Part shown: in pieces, positions 26,115 to 41,089 of the stretch
Numbering within the stretch: the first letter of the stretch is position 1
Layout: each line of letters begins with the position of its first letter
NCBI RefSeq assembly: GCF_006345805.1
Contig: NC_043000.1
Coordinates: 25,172,001-25,236,000 of the forward strand
DNA length: 64,000 bases
Source of the DNA: Octopus sinensis
Lineage: Eukaryota
Reading direction: 5' to 3'
Made by a program: the position numbers and the translations under genes
The notes under the pieces: model-generated
The model's database searches: none
The model's input: only the letters and a program-made list of their open reading frames with translations
What the model was told of the DNA's origin: nothing

Positions 26115-26777
26115 CAGGGTGTTCAAAAAATCTCTCCGCGGTAAGTATTTTATTGCAAAATAAATATTTATAAGATGGTACAAAGGGCGGCGAGCTGGCA
26201 GAAACGTTAGCACGCCGGGCGAAATGCTCAGCGGTGTTTCGTCTGCTGTTACGTTCTGAGTTCAAATTCCGCCGAGGTCGACTTTGCCTTTCATCTTTTC
26301 GGGGTCGATTAAATAAGTACCAGTTACGCACTGGGGTCGATATAATCGACTTAATCCGTTTGTCTGTCCTTGTTTGTCCTCTCTGTGTTTAGCCCCTTGT
26401 GGGTAGTAAAGAAATAGGTATTTCGTCTGCTGTTACGTTCTGAGTTCAAATTCCGCCGAGGTCGACTTTGCCTTTCATCTTTTCGGGGTCGATTAAATAA
26501 GTACCAGTTACGCACTAGGGTCGATATAATCGACTTAATCCATTTGACTGTCCTTGTTTGTCCCCTCTGTGTGTAGCCTCTTGTGGGCAGTAAAGAAATA
26601 GGTATAAGATTACAATAGAATATATTAATAGATTTTACAAGACTTTAAATAACTTTATAAGAGGTGTTGAAAGTGTCGTCCTTCATTTTCAATACATAAA
26701 ATTTAATTTCTTTTTTACTGCCGTGTGAGCACTTCCTAGGCTGAGACTCACTGCGGAGAGACTTTCTGAACACCTTG
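26115..26777. mobile_element. Tc1/mariner-type MITE with a nested SINE B
   Basis: TA|CAGGGTGTTCAAAAAATCTCTCCGC ... GCGGAGAGACTTTCTGAACACCTTG|TA (25-bp TIR). Confidence 0.8.
26176..26605 (+). mobile_element. SINE family B with two 184-bp modules
   Basis: GTCGACTTTG at 26277 and 26461; possible TSD TATAAGAT. Confidence 0.85.
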
Positions 26778-27004
26778 TATTTCAGACAATAAAGCGAGTT
26801 TTGAACCAATCATATTAGTAATAGTCAGATACGAACACGTGAATTTAACTCACGTGTATTTTCCCTGGCTCTTTCTTTTCTTATCTCCTTTCCTCTCTTG
26901 CTTATCTCTCCTGAACTTTCCTCTAGTATCCGACGAAGGATTAAGTCCCATAATTACACTTTTACTCAATAACTTTTTTCCCATTGAGCATTAAACGATA
27001 AACG

Positions 27005-27305
27005 TCGCCCTTTTCAAGCCTAGCCAGGCTCATGGGCTCGGTTTTCCGGTTTCTGTGGCGTATGTGTTCCCTCCAGCTGGACGAGACGCCAGTCCATCGC
27101 AGCGTTACTCAAGAAACAGGAAGAAAGAGTGAGAGAAAGTTGTGGCGAAAGAGTACAACAGGGGTCGCCACCACCATCTGCCGGAGCCTCGTGGAACTTT
27201 TAGGTGTTTCCGCTCAATAAACACACACAACGTCCGGTCTGGGAATCGAAACCGCGATCCTCCGACCGCGAGTCTGCTGCCCTAACCACTGGGCCATTGC
27301 GTCTC
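27005..27305 (-). mobile_element. SINE family C, full length
   Basis: Head, body and GAGTAACGCTGCGATGGACTGGCG tail. Confidence 0.85.
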
Positions 27306-27614
27306 CCTTTGAGCATTAACCTAATAATATTAATCATGAACGCCTCTTGGATTTTTTTTTCTTGTATTTCATTTACCAAACTTGTAAGAACCGTATACAC
27401 ACCCTCCATTCACCCCGGCACCAGAAACTCACTTCCCGAACTCTTTCCTAGTGTTTTATGTCCACATTATCGCACCTCATTATTGTTTATTACAAGCATT
27501 ACAATAACATGAAGCGTTAATGATTTGTGAGAAAATTACAACGAACATGTCGTGTACCAATTATGGAATGCCGCATTCTATGGTTTAGGAATGGATGGAA
27601 GCAGAGAATAAACA

Positions 27615-27793
27615 ATTGTTTACATCTTTCGGTTTCCAGACACAATGTGCACTATTTACATTTGACGGATATTTGTCCTGATCTTGTTTGTTAATACAAC
27701 ATTTCGGCTGATATAACCTCCAGCATTCATCAGGTGTCTTGGGGAAATTTCGAACCTGGGTTCTCATTCCTAAAGTATTTTTCGTTGTTGTTG

Positions 27794-27866
<73 letters not shown>

Positions 27867-27968
27867 GTTATTATTATTCAGGCCACTGCCTGTAATCGAA
27901 CTCGGAATCTAGGAGTTAAGAGCGCGGACTACTAACCCCAAGATTCCGAGTTCGATTACAAGCAGTGA

Positions 27969-28019
<51 letters not shown>

Positions 28020-28205
28020 CAACAACAACATCGAAAAACACTTTAGGAATGAGAACCCAAGTTCGAAATTTCTCCAAGACACCTGATGAATGCTGGAGGG
28101 TATATTAGCCGAAATGTTGTGTTAACAACAAACAAGATGAGGACAAATATCTGTCAAATGTAAATAATGTAAACAATTCCTCATCTCTTAAATATAGAAC
28201 TGTAT
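27615..28205. mobile_element. Head-to-head inverted pair of tRNA-derived SINE family F with internal (AAT)n
   Basis: Plus copy 27915-28205 (GTTAAGAGCGCGGACTACTAACCCC..GAGTTCGATT B box); minus copy 27615-27918. Confidence 0.8.
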
Positions 28206-31200
28206 ACACAATGTATGCACATTAACTAGGTTGTATTAACATAAGTGTACTGGTAGAATCGTTAGCTCGCCAGACAAAATGCTTAACCTCATTTCTTCCG
28301 GCTCTTTACTTTTGAGTTTAAATTCTGCCGACGTCAACTTTGTCTTTCGGAGTTGATAAAATAAAGAACCGGCCAAGTACTGGGATTGATATGACCGACT
28401 TGCCCCCACCCCACCCCCCCAAAAAAATCCAAAACCTGCTGGCCCTTTAACCCTGCAACAGACTGATGTCTCATTCAAGTGAATGTTGTAATTTCAGTCA
28501 TTCGTACACCATGGAAAACGGGTAACCAGCCTTACGAATCCTGGGTCTCAACGAAAAAGATATTTACATTGGAGAAACAAAAACACTAGTGAGGCTTTTT
28601 CCAGTAGCCTCGACTGATAATTTCATTGTTAAAACTCGAATTTTGGAAGAAAAATTCGTTCCTGACTACTGACAGGATTGCAGCAACGATGAAACACATT
28701 TCTCCCGTAAGCATCAGAATTCTCTGCATTATTTACAGGGAAATATTGATTGCAACAAAACAATTAATTGTTGGAATGGAAAAGCGTCAACTTAACCCAT
28801 TGCCTATTATGAGCCCCATTTGGGGATCTGCTAAAAACAGTCTCACTGCCCGTTTTTCGTTGTATTTCAAGTGAATTTCTTATTCACATTGAACTTGCAG
28901 AAGTGTGTTTAACAATATTTAGTTGTTAAAGTTTGTCATTATTAGCTCTGACTAATTCTGGATGACATTTTATGTCATAAATCGCAATTTTTGAACTTCA
29001 AAAATATTGACTGTTTTGAAAACGTCTTTTATTTTTTTCATTTGCCATCTATATCATTCATTGATATTTCATACACATTCGTATTTGACACTATAGTTAA
29101 AAAAAAAACTAAAATGTTTATTATTGCAATTGACTAGAAAAGGATAAATATGCTTTAACTCCTAAAACACTTAGCAAAGCCAAAAAAATATAAATGAAAA
29201 ATTTGGCAGTTAAGGGGTTAAGAAACTATTTTATGATGCTGTAAAGCGTGTAAATCGTGTAAAAATCCATTCAAAACGGTTCCGAATATTTTAGAGACTT
29301 TGTGAAGAAATGGATACCGAATACACGGCATTGTTGCTAAATCCTCCACTTTAGTAGCATAAAAAGGGGAGATTTCAAGTTTGGGATTTCAAACTTCTTA
29401 CTGAAATTCTCGATATTTATTACCAATGCGAAACCTGATTCTGCGAAGTTTTAAAGTAAATCACCACAGGATTATATGACTTCAAATATGAACGCCATGT
29501 AACATAGGATAACATGACTTCCATATTTGAATAGCCGAATTAATTACTTCAACGAAAGGGCGAGATCTTTTTTTCAAATTATCAAGATATGGAGGATCTA
29601 CCAACGCTTTGGAAAGAAGGTGTCAGGAAGACAGACTTCTGGAATTTTCTTTAAATGCAGACATCCACGATAGATACTGATTTAAAAAAATATAGCAGCA
29701 TCTTAGATAATATCGCACATAATCTTTGTCTTTTACAATTTAATACCGAAAAATACGTTCGTGCAGAGCAATACAAATATCTAAAAAAAAGAAGAAAAAG
29801 CTAAAAAGCAAGCTGGGTGTCAAATCCATTTGATACCGCTGTTGATACGTCGAATATTTCTAATGAAACAAAGATTTAAATTCTGCAAACGTTAACATGG
29901 CGAGGAAATTAAAATTCTGAGCATCAGACATTAAATCTGCAGACTTTTGTTACTTGGCTGCCATATGTGATCGGATTCTTCGTGATATTCTAGAGGCTTC
30001 TTCTTTAATCTGTTAGTCTGGTACAAAATGATTTAGCTATATTTTTAAAAAATGAATTAAAACGTAAATATATGTACGTATATACATTTTTTTCTGTTAT
30101 CAGGTTTAAAGGGTTTTCCCATAAGTCTCCCATAAATATTTGGGGTCTGTATCTTAAAAAACATATCTGAAAACTGCTTGCATATGCAAACGTTCGTGAG
30201 TACTTATATCTAAGGATGTTGGGGCTATAACATTTTGAAACATGCGCAGACAGTTAACAGAATTAATGCCTCAGCAGCATCATAAAAGATGGAAAAGAAA
30301 GTAGTTTGTCACCTTATTAACACCTTATTTTCTTGGGACTAATGAATCACCTGTGAAAGAAAAGATAATTAGAAAACCCCAAAATTAGAATTTTAAAAGT
30401 AAAAAATAAAAGTATGATGGCTTCTGACCCTTTTCTCCATAACATTTATATCAATCCGCCTCCTAAATTTCAATACTGTCAGAGTGAACATTGCCTCGAA
30501 GTTGACAAAATAAAACCCAGTTGTTGCGATACATAAGTTAACAATCAAGCGACACTTGTACCTGAAGCTTTTTGATGTAAGTAGAGGTCTTACATGTGAT
30601 CACTCACTCTCTCAAAACGACTTTTGCCAAAAGAGTAGAACCAGCCTACATCATTGGATGCGAGCGAAATTGCAGGTGTTACATCAGAGCTTTCCATTTC
30701 TTCGAGAGATGCCATAATAAGAACAAGGGGTATCTTGCTCCCAACTCTTGGATGGCCGTTGATTCTACAGAATTTTATCCACCCTTTGACAGGTCTTTTT
30801 TCTTTCATCCATTAGGGTGTCCAACGAAAACCAGCCTTCTTGGTAGAGTTGCCGATTTAGTCGTCGACAGCCCGACCATGCAGCGAGTTGCATCGAATTA
30901 CGTGTTTCTAATAGCACATATACATAGATATGCATATATACATACATTAGATCAAAGGTTGATTTACCAAGGCAATAATTCTGATCTCACTGTAGTTAGA
31001 TGTAATCTATCATATTGTGGACTATACCCACTGGCTTTAGAAGCAAATTCTTTCTATCTTATATTTTAAGTTCTAACTGCCTTAGCGACGCACAGAAATT
31101 ATACCTATCCATTCCGCTCAAGGCTAGTGGACGAAAAATACTCTGACCTAGTTTAGTATTTAGCCTTTTTAGACACTACTTCCAAACATTAGAGTCATCC

Positions 31201-31612
31201 TGGGTTTAAATTGATAAAGTATTTTATAGTCGTATCATATTTTTCCCTCAATACCTCTACTATCCCTTGCAATCAACACAAAATGCCATCTATCTAAAAC
31301 ATAAGTCTGTCAAAACCATTATACATTATTAGTTCACTTTAAACTCTGCTAACGGCAACGCCTTCAATAAAGCCGCTTGGATATGTTTAACCAGGATGAA
31401 ATATTAATGCAGCCGACTCAACAGGATGCAAATGAACTCCACATAACAAGATATCCATGTAACAGAAACATACGTCGAAAGGGGGTTTAAAGAGAATATA
31501 CCGTATAAGAGACTGTAATAATGAATAATATAATAAAACTGTCTGGATGTATAATTCTCCATCTTTAATATCTTGTGTGTGCGCGTCTGTATACACGCAT
31601 ATATATATATAT

Positions 31613-31645
<33 letters not shown>

Positions 31646-31646
<1 letters not shown>

Positions 31647-31730
31647 TAGCATTAAAGACCCGTCGTTGCCGGTTCATAGTGCTAGTGCATGTATATATGT
31701 GTATATATATGTGTACATATTACATGTACA

Positions 31731-31795
<65 letters not shown>

Positions 31796-31889
31796 ACACA
31801 TAAAAATTGGTTGTGTAGTTCTCAAGTTTTAGGGAAACACACAGACAGACAGACAGACAGACACATTCTCAGTTTTATATATATAAAGA
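31646..31889 (-). mobile_element. Short non-autonomous Helitron, third family
   Basis: A|TCTTTATATATATAAAAC 5' end, (TCTG)n, 3' hairpin + CTAG|T. Confidence 0.6.
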
Positions 31890-32399
31890 TATATATAATA
31901 TATATTCCCATATACATACACATGCAAATATACATACTATGCACGCGCACACGCAAACACACACATACAATGTTGCTTTACACTAACCGTCTTTTTCCGA
32001 TGACGTCCGTACGTCCGCACGGACAAAAATATTTTTCTATGGCGAACCAGTGTTCAAAACCGTGATCATTTCGTCTTACTTAGCAACATTATTATTCAGG
32101 ATTACTTTATCTATTATTTTCATCCATTTTCAAAATGGTAAAGTGGAATTTCAAAGAGGTTTCGCTGTAATTTTAATAAACCGATCGACTGTGAAGGTCA
32201 CTTTACTTATCGCTCTGCGAAAAATTGTGGTATTTGTTTTCTGAAGGTAAACGTAGATGAGAAATATATTTTTAAAGATTTTTAAAAATATATAAAATAA
32301 ATGCTATATTTAGAGTCAGAAATAATTTGAAATCCCACTTTTAGGTATCTGTGTATGTATGTATGTATATCTCTTCTATTTTTTTAAAAACTTATTATA

Positions 32400-33790
32400 A
32401 ATCTTCCACTGAGAAGGGAGCCGGTTTCCAACAAAGATACAAGGCTCCGTCTTTGGGATGTAGTTATCACAGACTAATTCACATTTGGAACTCGAGAAAT
32501 GTCTTGCATATTTTTACTGTTCCACTCACAGATTGGACTCGTAATGTACGGATCAGCTGGTCAATTTCTCTTTCAGAAAATCCCAGTTCATCCCGATTCT
32601 CCTTTGAGCATTTACTAACAAAACCTAGTGCTCCAATTATTATTGATATGAATATGAATTCATAGTCTGAATATAGAAGCTGGAGGTTTCGAAGCAGTTT
32701 TCCATAGATATCCTCTTTTTCTTTGATTTTCAAAGAGATATTTATATCTGCAGGGCAGCTGGCCTCTATGATGGTACATACCTTTGCTCCTCTGTCCTAA
32801 ACAACAATATCCGGCCTGTTAGGCTTACATTTGACAGAAGTTTTGATGAGAATATTCCATCAGTATTCCTTGAGTTGGTGTTTATGAATGTATTCCATAA
32901 CAGGGATTTTCTAAGTTTATTTCAGGACAGTCTTTTTTTGCGGATGGCATTGTAAATTGTTTTAGCAACAACATCGTGCCGCATTGAGAAGTAGTACCGT
33001 GTTGACATTTTTTGGACAGCTGCTAATCATATGCGTAATGTCTGCCACAGAAACATGACATAGCCTACACGTGGTTGCACCTTGGGATTACAAGAGCGTC
33101 ACTGTATCTCTTGCTTACCAGGTACTTTGTGGAAATTTCCTGTTCCTTGATTGCAAACGCATAGCTTTCAAAGTATGATGTGATGTAGTGGTCTTGTGTC
33201 CAAGAGAGGCTGCGTTTCGTGTCAATTCTACTGTCTTCTTCAAGCATCCGGGCAACATACCCATGCATAGTCTTTTTTGTTTTGTATGCTGAGTGTTTTC
33301 CATCCAGGTCTTCTCTGAAGTAAGAGAATCCAGCTGTTTTGGGGCTGTATAGGAGATCATCAGGAAGAGCGTGTTTCTTGAAGAGTTCGCTGCCAACTCG
33401 TACAATGTTGCTCACTTCACTCTTCAGCACTGCATTTATATATTTTTGCTGCTGTTGTTTAGCAGGTGCTGCCTGAGTGATACCATATGGCATTCGAAGG
33501 CCGTCTGCTCTGATCTCAGGCCTCTACTACCTTCATTTCTTCTTAGGTAGAGACTGTCAACATCACTGTTTCTGTGGAAGTTCCCAATTGTTGTCAAGTT
33601 TTTGCGGGTTTTGATATTTATGGAGTGGATTTCCTCTACAGACCAATCAAGTATCCCAAATGTTGGGACCTGCACTGGTACTGCAAATGCGTTGTGGTAT
33701 ATTGTTTTGTAGTAAGAGGAAAGTTCCGACTACCATATTTTCCTAAGTCTGGTGTAATGTTCTCGGGTCACTATCTTTAGTCTCAGTGCC
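32400..33790 (-). mobile_element. 5'-truncated R4/Dong-like LINE (RT thumb + zinc finger + restriction-like endonuclease), decayed
   Basis: TFGILDWSVEEI..KTRKNLT..NFHRNSDVDSLYLRRNEGSRGL; AIKEQEISTK; RHDVVAK; PDIVV..IIEASCPADINI..KEK..Y..IIIGALG. Confidence 0.8.
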
Positions 33791-34130
33791 TTCATATGAT
33801 ACATTTTCGTCTACGCTTAGGTATTTGTGATATTCTGTGTGGAATGGGGGAGATAGAGAGACCGTTAATGCACAGGTTTTGGGTGTGGGGGACTGATTTT
33901 CCTCGTTCTATAACCAAATATGAACATTTCTTCTGTATGTACGTATGTATGTATGCATGCATGTTTATGTTGGTCTGTGTGATATATATGTATAAGCACG
34001 TAGATCTGTGCACACACACACATATATATATATATACACACATATACATACATAAGTAGGATAAAATCATTATTTAATGATTTATCAGTGGCCAGCATAC
34101 TAAAAATACCATAATGGTTAATTTATATTA

Positions 34131-34437
34131 AAATTACAATAAGGGTGTTGAATAATTACTACACCAGTCTGCTAGAAATAGACCCCAAAAGGTCTATGAA
34201 CCACTTAGATTATTACTCCACTACACAAGGTTGTAAGCGAGGAAAATAGACAGCGAGGATTTATAAAATAGTTTGGATAGTCCCATATCTATAGATTTCA
34301 CGGTATGAATTATTGAAAACCCTTACAACCTTGTGTAGTGGAGTATTAATCTAAGTGGTTCATAGACCTTTTTTTTGGGGGGGGTCTATTTCTAGCAGAC
34401 TGGTGTTGTAATTATTGAATATCCTTATTATAATTTA
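34131..34437. repeat. Inverted repeat, ~107-bp arms with an 84-bp spacer
   Basis: 34131-34237 versus reverse complement of 34322-34437, few substitutions and two homopolymer length changes. Confidence 0.9.
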
Positions 34438-34589
34438 TTTATATATATATAATTAAAAAGCGGAGAAGAAAGACAACAGGAAAAGCAACAAAGCGAGGAA
34501 TGGTACATGCAAAGTATTTATGTTTCTTTATGTGTTTTAGCCACTGATTGTGGTCATGCTGGAGCACCACCATGAAAAAAAATTGGAAT

Positions 34590-36262
<1,673 letters not shown>

Positions 36263-36445
36263 TTTCCTCTGCTTCCCTCACTCCTCTCTCCCCCTCTCCC
36301 TCTTTCCTCCTTCATCCCCCTCCTCCCCTTCCTTCTCCCCTTCCTCTCCTCTTCCCTCTTCTCCTCCCCCTCTTCTTCCCCTCCCCTTTCTCCCCCCCCC
36401 CTTCCCCCCCTCCCCCTCTTCTCCCCCTCCCCCTCTTCTCCTCAC
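36263..36445 (+). repeat. Polypyrimidine (C/T) tract
   Basis: Almost purine-free on the plus strand. Confidence 0.9.
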
Positions 36446-36479
36446 TACAACCACATGACTTTACACATCACATCACATA

Positions 36480-37140
36480 TGATGTGCCATACTAATACAC
36501 ACACCAACTAATACATACTAATACGTACTAATACTACTAGTACATACTAATACTTACCAACCCTATACATACACACGTCCAGACCCCGCATACGCACTTA
36601 TACTCTCTCACAACACACACACACATACCTATACATACCAATACGTACTAATACATACTAATACATACTAATACATACACCAACCCATACATACGCATGT
36701 CCAGACCAATCTTACGCACTAATACTCTCTCATACACACATACACACACCACACACACACACACCCTATACATACTAATACATACACACCAACCCTATAC
36801 ATACAACACATCCAGACCCCTCCCACGCACTTTAGCTGGTCCCTCAACCCATTATCAACCCTATTATCTCCCCTTATTTCGCTCTCGCATCTCATGTTTG
36901 ATCTTTGACCTCTGGCCGAAATCAGATCGCCATGTTGATTCGTTAGCTACTGCACGCATTTTTTTTCTCTCCTTCTTTCTGTGTTTTTCTCTCTCTGTGT
37001 ATCTTTCTGTTGGAAGAGCGTAGGCTCGAAACGTTAAAGACTTGTTTTATTTATATTTCCTGAGCGCCATACTAATACAATTGTTCGTTTTGTTTCCACC
37101 TGCCTTCGTCTTTGTTTATTTTCATAAAGCTTCCCGTTAT
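36480..37140 (+). mobile_element. Probable Penelope-like 3' region with a ~120-bp triplicated CA-rich unit
   Basis: CAACCC.ATACATAC..TCCAGACC..ACGCACT occurs three times; terminus GAAGAGCGTAGGCTCGAAACG shared with 7011-7115. Confidence 0.4.
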
Positions 37141-37173
37141 ATACATATATATATATATTATATATACATATAT

Positions 37174-37212
<39 letters not shown>

Positions 37213-37213
37213 T

Positions 37214-37254
<41 letters not shown>

Positions 37255-37259
37255 TAGAT

Positions 37260-37307
<48 letters not shown>

Positions 37308-37440
37308 TATTATATATATTAATATATATATATGTATATATATATATATATGTATTATATATATATATGTATATATATATATTATATATATGTATATATA
37401 TATATGTATATAATATATATGTATATATATAATATATATG

Positions 37441-37471
<31 letters not shown>

Positions 37472-37921
37472 GTTATATATATATATATTATTTATATATA
37501 TATGTATATATATATATATATGTATATATATGTATATATATATATATGTATAATATATATATGTAATATAATATATGTATATATATATAGGTATATATAT
37601 ATATGTATATATATATATGTTATATATATATATGTATATATATATATGTATATATATAGATATGTATATATAAGTTATATATATATATATGTTATATATA
37701 TATATGTATATATATATATATGTATATATATATACTATATATATATATATATATATGTATGTATATATATATATGTATATATATATATATAATGTTATAT
37801 TATATATATCTGTATATATATATTATATATATATAATATATGTATATATTGTATATATATATATGTTATATTATATATATATGTATATATATGTATATAT
37901 ATGTATATATATATATGTATA

Positions 37922-37958
<37 letters not shown>
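37140..37958. repeat. Degenerate (TA)n/(GTATA)n array
   Basis: Direct reading. Confidence 0.95.
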
Positions 37959-37960
<2 letters not shown>

Positions 37961-37988
37961 CGTCGGGGTCAAATAATTTTTTAGTTGC

Positions 37989-38345
37989 AGGAGTGGCTGT
38001 GTGGTAGAAGCTTACTACCCAACCACGTGGTTCCGGGTTCAGTCCCACTGCGTGGTACCTTGGGCAAGTGTCTTCTACTATAGCTTTGGACCGACCAAAG
38101 CCTTGTGTGTGGATTTGGTAGACATTTGTGTGTGTGTGTGTGTTTGTATATATGTGTTTGTCCCCCAACCATCGATCGACAACCGATGTTAGTGTGTTTG
38201 CGTCCCCATAACTTAGCAGTTTGGCAAAAGAGACAAGATAGAATAAGTACTAGGCTTACAAAGAATAAGTCCTGGGGTCGAATTGTTCGACTAAAGTTGA
38301 TGCTTCAGCATGGCCGCACTCAAAATACTGAAACAAGTAAAAGAG
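37989..38345 (+). mobile_element. SINE family A, full length
   Basis: Family homology. Confidence 0.85.
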
Positions 38346-39049
38346 TATATGTATATATGTATATATATGTAGGTATGTATGCATGTATGTATGTTTGTAT
38401 GAATGTATGTATGTATGTCTGTTTGTATGTATGTATGTATGTATTCATGTATGTATGTATGTGTGCATGTGTGTCTATGTATGCTTGCATGTATGCATGC
38501 ATGTGTGTATGCATGCATGTGTGTATGCATGCATGCATGTATGCATGCATGTATGTATGTATGTATGTATGTATGTGCGCGCTCGTGTATACGTGTGAAT
38601 AGGCGCGTAAATCCGCTACTTAAGGCACACAGGTTAAATTCACGTCTGGAATCCCGCTACATCTAAAAGAACCCCACATACTACTTCAACCCTATAATTT
38701 CCCACCCGTAAATGCCATAAACATGGATACATATGCATAAATTATACGTAAACATTGCGTTATGTGAGTGTGGCTTACATGAACAGAGCTATTAACGCAG
38801 CATTTTCTTATTAGGTTTTCTTTTTGATCTAAATTCAGTGGAATATTTCTTACAGATTGTTAGTGTTGGTGCTATTGTTGTTTAGCCCATGGTCAGTTGT
38901 CGTCGTCTTAGGTAGGCTAGACTTAGGACTATATTTCGTAATGTATTGTTCTATTCTATAATGAAAAGAATGAGTGTGAGAGAAGAATTTTGCTGCAGGA
39001 AGCTCAACAGAAATGACGCCCGGGAGAAGAGAAGACGATGACCTGTTAA

Positions 39050-39660
39050 AAGGCATTGAGGCTACGAGAAATGGATGATATATGTTAAAAGGTCTTGAGT
39101 GTACGAGGCCAGAAGGTTCATCAGAGAAATGGATGATACATGCCAAAAGCTATTGAGGGTACGAGGCCAGAAGGTTTGTTAGAGAAATGGACGATACATG
39201 TCAAAAGATATTGAGGGTACGAGGCCAGAAGGTTCGTCAGAGAAATGGATGATACATGCCAAAAGCTATTGAGGGTACGAGGCCAGAAGGTTTGTTAGAG
39301 AAATGGACGATACATGTCAAAAGATATTGAGGGTACGAGACCAGAAGGTTCGTCAGAGAAATGGATGATATATGTCAAAAGATATTGAGGGTACGAGGCC
39401 AGAAGGTTCGTCAGAGAAATGGATGATACATGCCAAAAGCTATTGAGAGTACGCTGCCAGAAGGTTTGTTAGAGAAATGGATGATACATTTAAAATCTCT
39501 TGAGGGAACGAGGCCAGAAGGTTTATCAGAGAAATGGATGACACATGTTAAAAGGTCTTAAGGGTACGAGACCAGAAGGTTCGTCAGAGACATGGACGAT
39601 ACATTTAAAAGGTCTTGAGGGTACGGGGCAAGAAAGTTCGTCAGAGAAATGGATAATGTA
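39050..39660 (+). repeat. 58-bp minisatellite, about 10 copies
   Basis: GAGAAAT recurs at 39124, 39182, 39240, 39298, 39356, 39414, 39472, 39529. Confidence 0.95.
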
Positions 39661-39811
39661 TTTTAATGACAAGCCAAAGACTCCAAACTAGTAGAAAAAA
39701 GAGGACCCACCATGTTAACAGCTTGTTTCTGAATTCGATCAAACAAGTTAAGAAGCACAGGGTATGGACCAGCCCCCAAATGACTGTAACTTTCAATGCA
39801 AGGTGAAGACA

Positions 39812-40360
39812 GCGAGCTGGCAGAATCGTGAGCACACCGGATAAAGTGCTTAGTGGCATTTTATCCGTCTTAGCGTTCTGAGTTCAAATTTTCGCTTAGG
39901 CCGACTTTGCCTTTAATCCTTTCAGGGTCGATCAAATAAGCACCAGTGGAGCACTGCGGGTCGATTTAACTAACTTTACCCGCTCCCCAAAATTGCTGGC
40001 CTTGTGCCAAAATTTGAAAATCGACTGGTTTTTAACAGGTTAAATGACTGCTTACGGGTATCTTACATGCAATTTATTTACAGTAGTAAATTCGTGGGAC
40101 TTTATTGTTATTCAATACCTTAATAACCTATTTCTTTATTACCCACAAGGGGCTAAACACAGAGGGGACAAACAAGGACAGACAAACGGATTAAGTCGAT
40201 TATATCGACCCCAATGCGCAACTGGTACTTAATTTATCGACCCCGAGAGGATGAAAGGCTAAGTTGACCTCGGCGGAATTTGAACCCAGGACGTAGCGGT
40301 AGACGAAATACCGCTAAGCATTTCGCCCGGCGTGCTAACGATTCTACCAGCTCGCCGCCT
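39812..40360. mobile_element. Two SINE family B copies (39812-40020 +, 40130-40360 -)
   Basis: Family homology. Confidence 0.75.
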
Positions 40361-40789
40361 TAATACCTTAATAACCGTTTTCCTGATCATCATCGTAGTC
40401 GTCATTGCTGTCACCATCACCATCATCACCACCGCCGCCACCATCACCACCACCACCATCATCTCTGTAGGCAACATGTAAAGTGACTAAATTTACTCAT
40501 TCGCCGCTGTTAAACTAACGTCATAGAAATTACTAGAATTCTTTTTTAGCTATTTAACCAAGAATATGGTAGATTGATGCCACATGACAAACACTGACTC
40601 ACACACTTTCCCTCTTATATGCACACGCATGCTACACACATAGGAACACGCGCACTCATATGTTTCTTGATCTCCTCACATATTTCCTTACATACATGCA
40701 AACATCCTCATATACACATATTTAGTCATAATGTGTGTGTATATTCATATGTATTTGTATACATGTGTGTGTGTCTGTGTGTATGTATG

Positions 40790-40850
<61 letters not shown>

Positions 40851-40886
40851 TTAGAGAGAGAGAGAACGCGAGCAAGAGAGAAAGAA

Positions 40887-40921
<35 letters not shown>

Positions 40922-40935
40922 GATATATATATATA

Positions 40936-40977
<42 letters not shown>

Positions 40978-41043
40978 ATATATATAGATATATATATATA
41001 TACTTAGAGAGAGAGAGAGAGAACGCGAGCAAGAGAGAAAGAA

Positions 41044-41089
<46 letters not shown>

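Noticed and set aside
28792-29222. TTAACCC...GGGTTAA as a second piggyBac MITE
   Set aside because: The ends do not match beyond 7-8 bp without a gap.
29230-31080. Possible decayed transposase or host exons in unique-looking DNA
   Set aside because: No motif I can name, and stops in all frames; needs a tBLASTx/HMM search.
38854-39075. Two plus-strand exon-like segments giving a hydrophobic leader + PGRR (neuropeptide-like)
   Set aside because: Low-complexity leader, a stop soon after, and the downstream part is better explained as a LINE-derived minisatellite.
39050-39660. CRISPR-like array
   Set aside because: Eukaryotic context; whole units repeat with no unique spacers and no cas genes. 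The same applies to the 69-bp and 184-bp arrays.
40846-41060. ~153-bp tandem duplication of a GA/TA block
   Set aside because: Microsatellite-bounded slippage or an assembly artefact; no further structure.
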